Part shown: piece by piece, positions 16,849 to 26,255 of the stretch
How positions within the stretch are numbered: the first letter of the stretch is position 1
How the letters are laid out: every line of letters begins with the position of its first letter
NCBI GenBank assembly: GCA_043776215.1
Contig: JAYVRP010000807.1
Span: forward strand, 1 to 56,864
DNA from: Rhodoferax sp.
GTDB taxonomy: Bacteria > Pseudomonadota > Gammaproteobacteria > Burkholderiales > Burkholderiaceae_C
Direction: 5' to 3'
Length of the DNA stretch: 56,864 bases
The notes under the pieces: model-generated
The model's input: the letters and a program-made list of their open reading frames with translations, nothing else
Told to the model about the DNA's origin: nothing
Databases searched by the model: none
Position numbers and translations under genes: made by a program

Positions 16849-17655
16849 TTACAGGGTCTCGGTGTGCCCGTCCACGACAATGTCCTGACCCGAGATACGG
16901 AGCCCAGCGCTGGAGGTCAGGAACAGGATGGTCTGAGCAATGTCCTCTGGCGTCACGAAGGCGCGCAGCGAAACTGCGTCGGTGTAACCTTGGCGCACCG
17001 TCGCGGCCGTCAGGCCGGTGGCGCCAGCTTCGGCGGCGATCACACGGTCGATGCGATCACCACTGACCGAGCCCGGGCAGATGCAGTTCACGCGCACGCC
17101 GTGGGGCCCCAGTTCCTGGGCGAGCGTGCGGGTGAAGCCGCGGATGGCCCATTTGGCCGACGTGTAGGGTGCGCGGCGCGGAAAGCCGAACAGGCCGCCC
17201 GTGGAGGACATGTTGATGATCGACCCGCTGCCCTGGCGGCGCATCAGCGGCGCGGCCGCGCGCGCACACAGGAAACTGCCGTCCAGGTTGACCGCGAGGC
17301 AGCGGCGCCAGTCGTCCAGGGAGATATCTTCCACCGCTGCGGTGGGCCCGGCGACGCCGGCGTTGTTGATCAGGATGTCCAGGCAGCCCAGCTGCCCGAG
17401 TGCAGCCGCAAACAGGGCCAACACCTGTGACTCTTCGGACACATCACACACGGCGCCTTGCAGACGCGGCTCCCGGGCCAGGGTGTCGGCCAACTGTGCC
17501 GCGTCCGCGTCGCAGATGAACACCTGTGCGCCTGCGTCCAGCAGCGCCAGGGCCGTCACCAACCCGATGCCACTCGCTGCGGCAGTGACCAGCGCACGCT
17601 GGCCGACATGGGTCAGCGCGCGCGGCAGGGCCGGGGTGGCGGCGCGCGCGCTCAC
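16849..17655 (-). CDS. Short-chain dehydrogenase/reductase
   Basis: TAAASGIG, NNAG, YTSAK, NCICPG. Confidence 0.9.
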   Translation of the reverse strand: MSARAATPALPRALTHVGQRALVTAAASGIGLVTALALLDAGAQVFICDADAAQLADTLAREPRLQGAVCDVSEESQVLALFAAALGQLGCLDILINNAGVAGPTAAVEDISLDDWRRCLAVNLDGSFLCARAAAPLMRRQGSGSIINMSSTGGLFGFPRRAPYTSAKWAIRGFTRTLAQELGPHGVRVNCICPGSVSGDRIDRVIAAEAGATGLTAATVRQGYTDAVSLRAFVTPEDIAQTILFLTSSAGLRISGQDIVVDGHTETL

Positions 17656-18635
17656 AGCGTCAGGATCGTGCAGCCGGTGGTGCGCCGAGCCTCCAGGTCA
17701 CGGTGGGCCTGCTGAACCTGCTCCATCGGATAGCGCTGGTCGATGCGGATCTTGACCTGCCCGCTGCTGACCACGGCGAACAGTTCGTCGGCCATGGCCT
17801 GGGTGCTGTCGCGGCTGGCGATGTGGGTGAACAGCGTCTGGCGCGTGACGTAGATCGAGCCCTTGGCGCCCAGGATGCCGGGCGCAAATGGCGGCACCGC
17901 GCCCGAGGCGTTGCCGAAGCTGGCCATCAGGCCGAAGGGCGACAGGCAGTTGAGCGACTTGTCCCAGGTGTCCTTGCCCACCGAGTCGTACACCACCTTC
18001 ACGCCCTTGCCCTGGGTGATCTCCTTGACCCGGGCTTCGAAGTCCTCGGTGGCGTAGTTGATGGTGTGGGCGGCGCCGAGCTCGCGCGCTAGCGCGCATT
18101 TGGCGTCGCTGCCTGCCGTGCCGATCAGCTGGTAGCCCAGCGCCCGGGCCCACTGGCAGGCGATCAGGCCGACGCCGCCGGCTGCGGCATGAAACAGGAT
18201 GTGGTCGCCAGACTGCAGGCCACCCTGTGGCAAGGTACGCTTCAGCAGGTACTGCGCCGTCAGACCCTTGAGCATCATGGCCGCGCCGGTGTCGAAGTCG
18301 ATCGCGTCGGGCAGCTTGCACACGCATTTGGCGGGCATCACGCGCTCCTCGCAGTAGCTGCCCGGCGGCTGGCTGGCATAGGCGGCACGATCACCCACCT
18401 TCAGGTGCGTCACGCCGGTGCCCACCGCCTCGACGATGCCCGAGGCTTCCATGCCCAGTTGCAGGGGCATGGGCAACTGGTACAGCCCGTCACGCTGGTA
18501 GACGTCGATGTAGTTCAGGCCGACTGCCTTGTGGCGGATGCGGATCTCGCCCGGCCCGGGCTGGCCGACCGTGACGTCGACCACTTGCAGGACCTCGGGG
18601 CCGCCATTCTTCTCGATGCGTATCGCTTTGCTCAT
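17652..18635 (-). CDS. qor: NADPH:quinone oxidoreductase (zeta-crystallin/MDR family)
   Basis: GLNYIDVYQRDGLY, AAMMLKGLTAQYL, HAAAGGVG, VVYDSVGKDT. Confidence 0.88.
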   Translation of the reverse strand: MSKAIRIEKNGGPEVLQVVDVTVGQPGPGEIRIRHKAVGLNYIDVYQRDGLYQLPMPLQLGMEASGIVEAVGTGVTHLKVGDRAAYASQPPGSYCEERVMPAKCVCKLPDAIDFDTGAAMMLKGLTAQYLLKRTLPQGGLQSGDHILFHAAAGGVGLIACQWARALGYQLIGTAGSDAKCALARELGAAHTINYATEDFEARVKEITQGKGVKVVYDSVGKDTWDKSLNCLSPFGLMASFGNASGAVPPFAPGILGAKGSIYVTRQTLFTHIASRDSTQAMADELFAVVSSGQVKIRIDQRYPMEQVQQAHRDLEARRTTGCTILTL

Positions 18636-18664
18636 GGATTGCTTCCTTGGAAAATGAATCGTGA

Positions 18665-19456
18665 TCAGGCCGGCCAGGCAGGCGGCCGCTTGTCGATAAA
18701 GGCCTGCACACCTTCGAGCGCGCTGCCGTCCATCATGTTGCAGGCCATGGTCTGCGCGGCGTCAGTGTAGGCGGCAGCCAGGCCCTGCTCCAGCTGGCGG
18801 TAGAACAGCGCCTTGCCCATGGCCACGGCCACGCGCGGCTTGGCCAGGATGCTGGCCGCCAAGCGTTCGACCTCGGCGTCAAGCTGCGCCGCGTCGACCA
18901 CGCGATTGAGCAGACCGCGGGCCCTGGCTTCATCAGCGCTGATGAAGTCGCCTGTGACCAGCATCTCGAAGGCGTCCTTGCGGCCGACATTGCGCGACAG
19001 CGCGACGCTGGGTGTGGCGCAGAATAGGCCCAGATTGATGCCGCTCACCGAAAAGCGCGCGTCGGTGGCTGCCACCGCCAGGTCGCACTGGGCCACCAAC
19101 TGGCAGCCGGCCGCCGTGGCCATGCCCTGCACCCGTGCGATCACCGGCACCGGCAACTGCTGGATCGCCAGCATCACCTCGCCGCAGCGGCCGAACAGGT
19201 CCTGGTAGTAGGCCAGCGAGGGCGCGCTGCGCATTTCCTTCAGGTCGTGCCCGGCGCAGAACGCGCGCCCCGCGGCGGCCAGCACGACCACGCGCACCCG
19301 CTCGTCGGTGGCGATGCGTTCAAGCTCTGCGCTCAGCGCCGCCAGCAGCGCCTCGGACAGCGCATTGAAGGCCGCAGGCCGGTTCAGGGTCAGGGTCTGC
19401 ACGCCACGCGCATCGCAGTGGCTGAGCAGCACGGGGCTGTCGGGCCTGGTGGTCAT
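18665..19456 (-). CDS. Enoyl-CoA hydratase/crotonase family
   Basis: LTLNRPAAFNALS, AFCAGHDLKE, ATAAGCQLVAQCD, GLFCATP. Confidence 0.9.
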   Translation of the reverse strand: MTTRPDSPVLLSHCDARGVQTLTLNRPAAFNALSEALLAALSAELERIATDERVRVVVLAAAGRAFCAGHDLKEMRSAPSLAYYQDLFGRCGEVMLAIQQLPVPVIARVQGMATAAGCQLVAQCDLAVAATDARFSVSGINLGLFCATPSVALSRNVGRKDAFEMLVTGDFISADEARARGLLNRVVDAAQLDAEVERLAASILAKPRVAVAMGKALFYRQLEQGLAAAYTDAAQTMACNMMDGSALEGVQAFIDKRPPAWPA

Positions 19457-19502
19457 GGCGTGATGGATGCGGGTTCGCGGGGCAGGTGGCGTTGCGGGCG
19501 GT

Positions 19503-20807
19503 TCACGCCCGGCCAGCGGCCGCCAGCGCCTGGTCGATGTCCCACAGGATATCGTCAATGTGCTCGATGCCGACCGACATGCGCACCATGTCGGGCAGCA
19601 CACCGGCCTGCAATTGCTGCTCGGGCTCCAGCTGGCGGTGGGTGGTGGAGGCCGGGTGGATGATCAGGGTGCGGGTGTCGCCGATGTTGGCCAGGTGGCT
19701 CATCACCTGCGCCGATTCGATGAAGCGCACGCCGGCCGGGAGCCCGCCCTTGACGCCGAAGGCCAGCAGCCCCGAGGCGCCGGGCGCGCCGTCCACGCTG
19801 CGCATCTGCCTGCGCACCAGATCGTGCTGGGGATGGTCGGCCAGGCCGGGGTAGTTGACCCAGCCCACCCGCGGGTCATCGCGCAGGAATTGCGCGACCC
19901 GGCGTGCGTTGGCGCAATGCCGCTCCATGCGCACATGCAGGCTCTCCACGCCCTGCAGGATCTGCCAGGCGGCCATGGGCGAAAGGGCCGCACCGTAGAC
20001 GCGCAGTACTTCCATGCGCGCGCGCATGGTGTAGGCGAAATCGCCGAAGGTCTCGAAGAACTTCACGCCGTGGTAGCCGGGGGATGGCTCGGTCATGCCG
20101 GGAAACTTGCCGTTGTCCCAGGGGAACTTGCCGCCCTCCACCAGCACGCCGGCCAGCGTGGTGCCATGGCCGCCCAGGTACTTGGTGGCCGAGTGCACCA
20201 CGATGTCGGCGCCGAACCGGATCGGGTTGCACAGGAAGGGCGAAGGCACGGTGTTGTCGACGATCAGCGGCACGCCATGCGCGTGCGCCACCTCGGCCAC
20301 GGCCGCGATGTCGAGCACGGTGAGGCTCGGGTTGCCCAGGCTCTCGGCAAACACCGCACGGGTCTCGGGGCGCATGGCGGCGGCAAAGGCCTCGGGCCGG
20401 GTGGCATCGACAAAGCTGGTCTCGATTCCGAAGCGCTTCAGGTTCACCGCCAGCATGGTCACGCTGCCGCCGTACAGCGCGCCCGCCGCCACCACATGGT
20501 CACCCTGCTGCAGGATGGTCATCAGCGCCATGGCCTCGGCCGCCATGCCGCTGGCCGAGGCCAGGCCGGCGCGACCGCCCTCCAGGGCCGCCACCCGCTC
20601 TTCGAGCGCGGCCACCGTGGGGTTGGACAGGCGCGAGTACACATTGCCGAAGGTCTGCAGGTTGAACAGGCTGGCTGCGTGGTCGGCGCTGTCGAACACG
20701 AAGCTGGTGGTCTGGTAGATCGGCAGCGCGCGCGCGCCGGTCTCGCGGTCGGGGATCTGCCCGGCGTGGATGGCCAGGGTCTCGCTCTGGAAGATGTGGT
20801 CTGCCAT
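19503..20807 (-). CDS. metY: O-acetylhomoserine aminocarboxypropyltransferase (sulfhydrylase)
   Basis: ARALPIYQTTSF, YSRLSNPT, HSATKYLGGHG (PLP Lys), HLANIGDTRTLIIHPASTTH. Confidence 0.88.
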   Translation of the reverse strand: MADHIFQSETLAIHAGQIPDRETGARALPIYQTTSFVFDSADHAASLFNLQTFGNVYSRLSNPTVAALEERVAALEGGRAGLASASGMAAEAMALMTILQQGDHVVAAGALYGGSVTMLAVNLKRFGIETSFVDATRPEAFAAAMRPETRAVFAESLGNPSLTVLDIAAVAEVAHAHGVPLIVDNTVPSPFLCNPIRFGADIVVHSATKYLGGHGTTLAGVLVEGGKFPWDNGKFPGMTEPSPGYHGVKFFETFGDFAYTMRARMEVLRVYGAALSPMAAWQILQGVESLHVRMERHCANARRVAQFLRDDPRVGWVNYPGLADHPQHDLVRRQMRSVDGAPGASGLLAFGVKGGLPAGVRFIESAQVMSHLANIGDTRTLIIHPASTTHRQLEPEQQLQAGVLPDMVRMSVGIEHIDDILWDIDQALAAAGRA

Positions 20808-20826
20808 GGGGGCTTCCTCGCGAGGC

Positions 20827-21297
20827 TCAGACCGGCCGCCGGGCCGAGATCACGCGGGTGTTGACGCCGATCCAGTGCAGCCCGCCGAACAGGCGCGCAT
20901 GCTCGATCTTGACGCAGCGGTCCATCACGGTCTGTAGGCCGTGTTTGCGTGCCAGGCGCTCGGCCTCGACGTTCTTCACCCCGATCTGCTGCCACAGGCA
21001 TCGGGCGCCGATGCGCACGGCCGCCTGCGCGATCGGCAGCACGTCCTCGGTGCGGCGGAACACGTCGACCATGTCGACCGGGAACGGAATGTCGGCCAGT
21101 GCGGAATAGCAATGCTCGCCGAGGATCTCGGTGCCGCTGGCCGCATAGCGCGGGTTCACCGGCACGATGCGGTAGCCGTGCGACTGCATGTACTTGGCCG
21201 CGAAGAAGCTCGGCCGGTGCCACTCGGCTGAGAGCCCGACGACGGCCAGCGTGTGGCAATCCCGCAGGATGGCCCGGAGTTCGGTGATGGTGTCCAT
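20827..21297 (-). CDS. CoA-binding protein (YccU-like)
   Basis: AVVGLS..RPS, PVNP, VDMVDVFR, VMDRCVKIEH. Confidence 0.88.
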   Translation of the reverse strand: MDTITELRAILRDCHTLAVVGLSAEWHRPSFFAAKYMQSHGYRIVPVNPRYAASGTEILGEHCYSALADIPFPVDMVDVFRRTEDVLPIAQAAVRIGARCLWQQIGVKNVEAERLARKHGLQTVMDRCVKIEHARLFGGLHWIGVNTRVISARRPV

Positions 21298-21350
21298 GTG
21301 GCTTGTCCTTGACGTGGATGCTATCGTGGATCGCCCATGCCGTGGCCCGC

Positions 21351-22256
21351 CTAGATCACGGATCGGATGGTGTGGCCATGCGCCAGCAACTGGTCGCGCA
21401 TTCTCCGGATATGGGCGGGTCCCACCTCGCAGCAGCCGCCGATGATGGTGGCGCCCTTGGACACCCAGTCGTCCGTGTAGACCACGTACTCCTGAGGCCC
21501 GAGGTCGGTGCGGCTCTTCAATTGCTCGCGTGTCTTGCCGGGCAGGAAGGTGACCGGAATGGCCACGAAGCCGTTGGCGTAGCCTCCGGCGGGAGTGCCG
21601 GTTGCGACCAGTGCAGCCATCGCCTGGCTGATGCGCTCCGGAGGGCAGCAGTTGACGAGCACCGCGCCGACAGGCAGGCCCCGCAGGGCTTCGAAGGCAT
21701 CGTGGATCGATTCGCCAGAGCGCAGGTTCGGCGCCTGGTCCTGCAGCGACCAGGACACCCAGACCGGCTTGCCGTGCGCGCAGGCCGCCTGAGCCGCCGC
21801 GCGCGCCTCCTGTGCGGTGGACATGGTCTCGCAGATGAACATGTCCACGTAGGGCGCCTGCAGGGCGGCCAGCCGGGCGTACTCTTCGAGGTTGACCGCG
21901 AAGTCCCGAACCAGGTCGGGCCGGTAGGTGCCGTTGAGCGGAGGCAGGCTGCCGGCGACCGCCACGCGGGCCTGGCCGGCCTGATCGCGTGCCCTGAGGG
22001 CCAGTTCACAGGCGGTCTGCTGCAGCAAGGGCACCTTGTCCGTCATGTCCACCATCTCCATGCGCGTATAGCTTGCCGAATACGTGTTGGTGGTGATGAT
22101 CCGTGCGCCGGCCTCGATGTAGTCGCGGTGGACCGCCGTGACGAGATCGGGCTCGCTCAGCAGGTAGTCGGCAGACCACAGCCTGGGCGTTTTGTTGGCG
22201 GACCTGTTCAGCAGTTCCATCCCCATTCCGCCATCCAGCAGTATGACGTCGCTCAT
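21351..22256 (-). CDS. Homocysteine S-methyltransferase family
   Basis: LLDGGMG, TTNTY, ICETMS, NCC and GGCCEVGP Zn ligands. Confidence 0.9.
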   Translation of the reverse strand: MSDVILLDGGMGMELLNRSANKTPRLWSADYLLSEPDLVTAVHRDYIEAGARIITTNTYSASYTRMEMVDMTDKVPLLQQTACELALRARDQAGQARVAVAGSLPPLNGTYRPDLVRDFAVNLEEYARLAALQAPYVDMFICETMSTAQEARAAAQAACAHGKPVWVSWSLQDQAPNLRSGESIHDAFEALRGLPVGAVLVNCCPPERISQAMAALVATGTPAGGYANGFVAIPVTFLPGKTREQLKSRTDLGPQEYVVYTDDWVSKGATIIGGCCEVGPAHIRRMRDQLLAHGHTIRSVI

Positions 22257-22286
22257 GTGGGTTCCTTCTCCTTGCTAATCATGGGT

Positions 22287-23474
22287 TCATGCGGGTGTTC
22301 GCGCATCGGCACAGCGTGCCGGGTCTTGATAGATGCATTGCGGCGTCACCGCCTGCATCGATGCCACGCCCAACTGGGCGAGGGCGGTCTCCGTCTCCCC
22401 CTGCAGGCACTTCAGCATGCGTTCGGCGCCCTCCGGGCCGACAGCCGCCATGGCGTAGAGGAAGGGTCGGCCCACCATCACGAAGTCGGCTCCCAGCGCC
22501 CTGGCCTTGACGATGTCCTCGCCGCACCGGATGCCGCTGTCGAAGAGCAGCGGGTAGGTGGCACCGACCGCCTGGCGGATGGCCGGCAGGACCGCAATCG
22601 GCGGCGGCGCGCTGTCGAGCTGCCGGCCCCCATGATTGGAGATGTTGATGGCGTCCACGCCCAGGCTTTTGAGCCTGAGCGCGTCTTCGGCGGACAGCAC
22701 GCCCTTGACGATTAGCCTGCCACGCCAGCGCTCGCGCAGCGCCTGGAGGAACGTCCAGTCCGCGCCAGTGCGGGGGGCATTGCGGTCGTAGCCCTTGGCA
22801 TTCGGGCCGGAGAAGTTGGCCATGCGTGGGGTCCCCGCAGCCAGGGTCCCGAGGGACCATCTGGGATGGGTCGCAAAGTCCAGGAAATGCCTGGGCGTCA
22901 TGCGAAACGGTGTCAAGAAGCCATTGCGGATGTCACGTGGGCGCTTGCCGATGCGTGGCACGTCCACGGTCAGCATCAGCGTGTCGTAGCCCGCGCGGGC
23001 GGCCCGGCCCACCAGCGACAGCGCATCGTCCACGCCGCCGGTCACATAGAGTTGGAACCATGCGCGTTCCTCGCTGCGCAGCCAAAGCTCCTCCAGCGTG
23101 GTCGACGACGCGGTCGAGACGCCCAGGGGCAGGTTGTGCTTCCGGCACAGTGCCGCCAGGCTGTGGTCGGTGCCAGGCCAAGCCAGGTCACACATGCCCA
23201 TGGGCGCGATGCCGAAGGGCAGGTCCCACGTACGGCCCATGAGCGTCGTCTTGAGCGTGATGGTCCGTACGTCGGCGAAACTGCGTGGCTGCAGAAGGAT
23301 GCGGTCCAGCGCGGCGGTGTTGCGAGCCAGGCCGCGCTCCTCCCCGGCACCGCCGTCGATGAAGTCGTAGATCAGGCGAGGCAGGCGTTGCGCCGCGAGC
23401 GTACGCGCATCCGCCGTGCTGGGCAGCAGCGGACTTGGCCTGATGGGTCGGGTGGCGGAGGACGAATGGAACAT
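22287..23474 (-). CDS. FMN-dependent alpha-hydroxy-acid dehydrogenase/oxidase
   Basis: YDFIDGGA, APMG, WFQLY, TVDVP, SNHGGRQLD, DSGIRCGEDI. Confidence 0.92.
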   Translation of the reverse strand: MFHSSSATRPIRPSPLLPSTADARTLAAQRLPRLIYDFIDGGAGEERGLARNTAALDRILLQPRSFADVRTITLKTTLMGRTWDLPFGIAPMGMCDLAWPGTDHSLAALCRKHNLPLGVSTASSTTLEELWLRSEERAWFQLYVTGGVDDALSLVGRAARAGYDTLMLTVDVPRIGKRPRDIRNGFLTPFRMTPRHFLDFATHPRWSLGTLAAGTPRMANFSGPNAKGYDRNAPRTGADWTFLQALRERWRGRLIVKGVLSAEDALRLKSLGVDAINISNHGGRQLDSAPPPIAVLPAIRQAVGATYPLLFDSGIRCGEDIVKARALGADFVMVGRPFLYAMAAVGPEGAERMLKCLQGETETALAQLGVASMQAVTPQCIYQDPARCADARTPA

Positions 23475-23498
23475 GGGGGCCTGCCGGGAATTGCGTTG

Positions 23499-25121
23499 CT
23501 AGGCGGCCAGCCAGTGGCTGTCCTCGCGGACCTCGATCAGGGTGGGCCGGTCGGCCTGCAGCGCTGCGTGCAGCGCCTGTGCAAGGTGCTCCGCGCCGCC
23601 CGCCCGCACGGCGTGGCACCCCAGGGCGTCGGCCAGCTTGAGGAAGTCCGGACTCCTTGGTTCCACGCCCACGCGCGGGATGGCGCGCTGGTCCATCTGC
23701 TGTGCGATTTCCTGTAGCGCATCGTTGTTCCACACGATCACGGGCAGCGCAAGTCGCTCCTGCACCGCCGTGGCCAGATCGTTGATCGTGAACATCACCC
23801 CCCCGTCGCCGGCGACAGCGACCACCGGTCGTGCGGGTGCCCCGATGCGGGCACCGATGGCCATGGGCAGGGCCACGCCCAGCGCGCAGTAGGTGCCGGA
23901 GTAGATCCAGCACTGTTCCTGCTCCACCGGGAAGGCGAAGGCGCCGCTGTAAACCAGCTGTGACATGTCGCCCACCACCAGCGTGTCTGCCGGCAGCGCG
24001 CGGCGCAGCACCCGCCAGACCCGGCCATGGCGACGCTCCTGCAAGGTCATCGACGCCACGTTGCGCGTCCGGATGTGCTGGGCCCATGCAGCGCCTGCGG
24101 CGGGGCGGATGGCGGGCATACGCCCGGACAGTGCCCGCTCCAGCGCCGCCATGGCTGGTTTCGCGTCGGACTGGATGGCGACTGCGGCGCCGTACTGGGC
24201 GATCAGCTCTTTCGGGTCGATGTCAATGCGCACGATGGCGCCGTAGATGTCCAGGTGCGGCAGGAAATGGTCGCCTTCGGCCACCTGACAACCGACCAGC
24301 AGCACCACGTCGGCCTCGGCCAGCGCCTGCTGGCTGGGCTTTTGCAGAATGCTGCAGCCCAGCGAGAGCGGGTGCGACTCGGGCACGATGCCCTTGCCGG
24401 CATTGCTGGTCAGGACCACGGCGCCGAGCCGCTCGGCAATGCCGCGCGCGTGCGCTCCGGTACCGACGGCGCCGCCGCCGAGCAGCAGCAGCGGGCGCTG
24501 CGCACGGGCCAGCAGTTCCGCCGCCTCGTCGATGGCCGCCAGGTCGGGCTGCGGACGCGAAGGCGCGCGGCGAACCGTCCAGCCACGGCCCGCGCCCTGG
24601 GGCGCCATGTCCCAGGGCAGCGACAGGTGCACCGGTCGCGGCCGGGTTCCGCGGAACACAGCGAACGCCCGTGCCACCAGTTCGGGCAGCTCGTCGGGGC
24701 GCTGCACCATGGCGCTGAAGGCGGTGAAGCCCGCCGTCACGGCGCGCTGGTCATCGAGCTCGTGCACCGTGCCCCAGCCCTTGCCGAGGCTGGCTGCGAA
24801 GCCGGCGCCGGACAGCACCAGCATGGGTTGCGAATCGCAGTAGGCCTGGGCAATGCCGGTGGCGGCATTGGTCACGCCGGGGCCGGTGACGATGGTGCAT
24901 ACGCCAGGCTTGCCGGTGGCGCGCGCATAGCCGTCTGCCATCAGGCTGGCGCCTTGCTCGTTGCGGCACTGGACATGGCGCATGCCCGCGCTCGCGATGC
25001 CGCGGTAGAGCTCCAGGGTCTGGGTGCCGGGCATGCCGAACACGGTGTCGACGCCGTAGTCGGCCAGCAACTGCATCAGGGCTTCGCCGCAGCGCAACGG
25101 ATCGGTGGTGGTTGAATTCAT
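23499..25121 (-). CDS. TPP-dependent 2-oxo-acid decarboxylase, AruI (5-guanidino-2-oxopentanoate decarboxylase)-like
   Basis: VFGMPG..TLELYRG, RNEQGA..MADGYARATGKPGVC, GDGG...WNND TPP motif. Confidence 0.82.
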   Translation of the reverse strand: MNSTTTDPLRCGEALMQLLADYGVDTVFGMPGTQTLELYRGIASAGMRHVQCRNEQGASLMADGYARATGKPGVCTIVTGPGVTNAATGIAQAYCDSQPMLVLSGAGFAASLGKGWGTVHELDDQRAVTAGFTAFSAMVQRPDELPELVARAFAVFRGTRPRPVHLSLPWDMAPQGAGRGWTVRRAPSRPQPDLAAIDEAAELLARAQRPLLLLGGGAVGTGAHARGIAERLGAVVLTSNAGKGIVPESHPLSLGCSILQKPSQQALAEADVVLLVGCQVAEGDHFLPHLDIYGAIVRIDIDPKELIAQYGAAVAIQSDAKPAMAALERALSGRMPAIRPAAGAAWAQHIRTRNVASMTLQERRHGRVWRVLRRALPADTLVVGDMSQLVYSGAFAFPVEQEQCWIYSGTYCALGVALPMAIGARIGAPARPVVAVAGDGGVMFTINDLATAVQERLALPVIVWNNDALQEIAQQMDQRAIPRVGVEPRSPDFLKLADALGCHAVRAGGAEHLAQALHAALQADRPTLIEVREDSHWLAA

Positions 25122-25211
25122 GCTGGCACGATGCTCCCGTGGTCAGGTGCTGGACATAGGTTCATGGTTTCGCGCGCCGTGGACATCCCCCGGTGCCGGC
25201 TTGCACCGGCT

Positions 25212-26255
25212 TCACGCCATGGCAACGAGTTCTCTGGCATCGATGCCGAGCCGCTGGCCCAGCGCCTGCAGCGAGGCCAGGGTGGCCGGAGGCACGGGGA
25301 TGCCAGTACGCAAGCGCTCCAGACGCAGCGCAGCTTCGCGCTCGCCCGGAATCTCGACCCGCTCGAAACCGGGGGCCGGCGGGCAGGCGCGCAATTCCCC
25401 CAGGCATTCCTCGGCAGCGCTGCGGTACGCGGCGGGGGCACGGTAGCGCGCCAGGTCGACCGCAATGCAGATCCAGTTCATGCCATCCATGGCCTGGCCC
25501 AGAATGGCCTCGCCCAGCAGTTCGGCCACCAGCGCCATCCCGTAGCCCTTTGGGCCAGCCATGGGCAGGATGGCCCCACCGTTGAAGTAGTCGTCCGGGT
25601 TGGTGGTGGGATGGCCGGCCGCATCGATGCACAGGCCTTCGGCCAGCGGCCGACCGGCCATCTTGGCGGCGTAGATCTTGCCGCCTGCGGCCATGCCGGT
25701 GGCGAAATCGATCACCACGGGGCCGTGCGAACCGCCCGGGATGCCAAAGGCGTAAGGGTTGGTCGGCAGCACGGCGCGCGAGCCGCCGTAGGGTGCCACC
25801 TGGCGCCAGTCCTTGCGCGAGCCACCGCCGAACATAATGGTCAGGCAGCCGGCCTCCGCGCCGCGCTGCACGAAGGCGCCGATGCGGCCGGTGTGGTCGA
25901 CATTGGCGATGCCCACCGCCGCCATGCCGCGCGCACGCGCCTCGTCAATCAGGGCGTCGGTCGCCAGTCGGAAGGCCGGCATGCCCAGGTTGTTGCCGCC
26001 GTCCACCAGCAGGCCGCCACCCTCGGCCTTGTTCAGCGCAGGCACTGCGCCGGCGTCGAACTTGCCGGCGGCGGCGCGCTCCGCGTACCAGTCGAGCCGG
26101 AACACGCCGTGCGAGTACACCCCGCACAGGTCGGCTTCGACCAGGTGCTCGGCGATCTCGGCAGCGATGGCGGGAGAGCTCCCGAGCGCCTGCATGATGC
26201 CGGTGCCAAAGCGGGTCAGGGCTTCGGCGGGGATGCGGGGGTCGGTGTCAATCAT
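25212..26255 (-). CDS. Ldh_2-family NAD(P)-dependent oxidoreductase
   Basis: EADLCGVYSHG, HTGRIG, TNPYAFG, DFATG, GPKGYG, IPGE. Confidence 0.88.
   Translation of the reverse strand: MIDTDPRIPAEALTRFGTGIMQALGSSPAIAAEIAEHLVEADLCGVYSHGVFRLDWYAERAAAGKFDAGAVPALNKAEGGGLLVDGGNNLGMPAFRLATDALIDEARARGMAAVGIANVDHTGRIGAFVQRGAEAGCLTIMFGGGSRKDWRQVAPYGGSRAVLPTNPYAFGIPGGSHGPVVIDFATGMAAGGKIYAAKMAGRPLAEGLCIDAAGHPTTNPDDYFNGGAILPMAGPKGYGMALVAELLGEAILGQAMDGMNWICIAVDLARYRAPAAYRSAAEECLGELRACPPAPGFERVEIPGEREAALRLERLRTGIPVPPATLASLQALGQRLGIDARELVAMA

Noticed and set aside
17652-19456. acuI and dmdD assignments for the MDR and crotonase genes
   Set aside because: The motifs fit Qor and a generic enoyl-CoA hydratase; proximity to dmdA-like genes is not sufficient.
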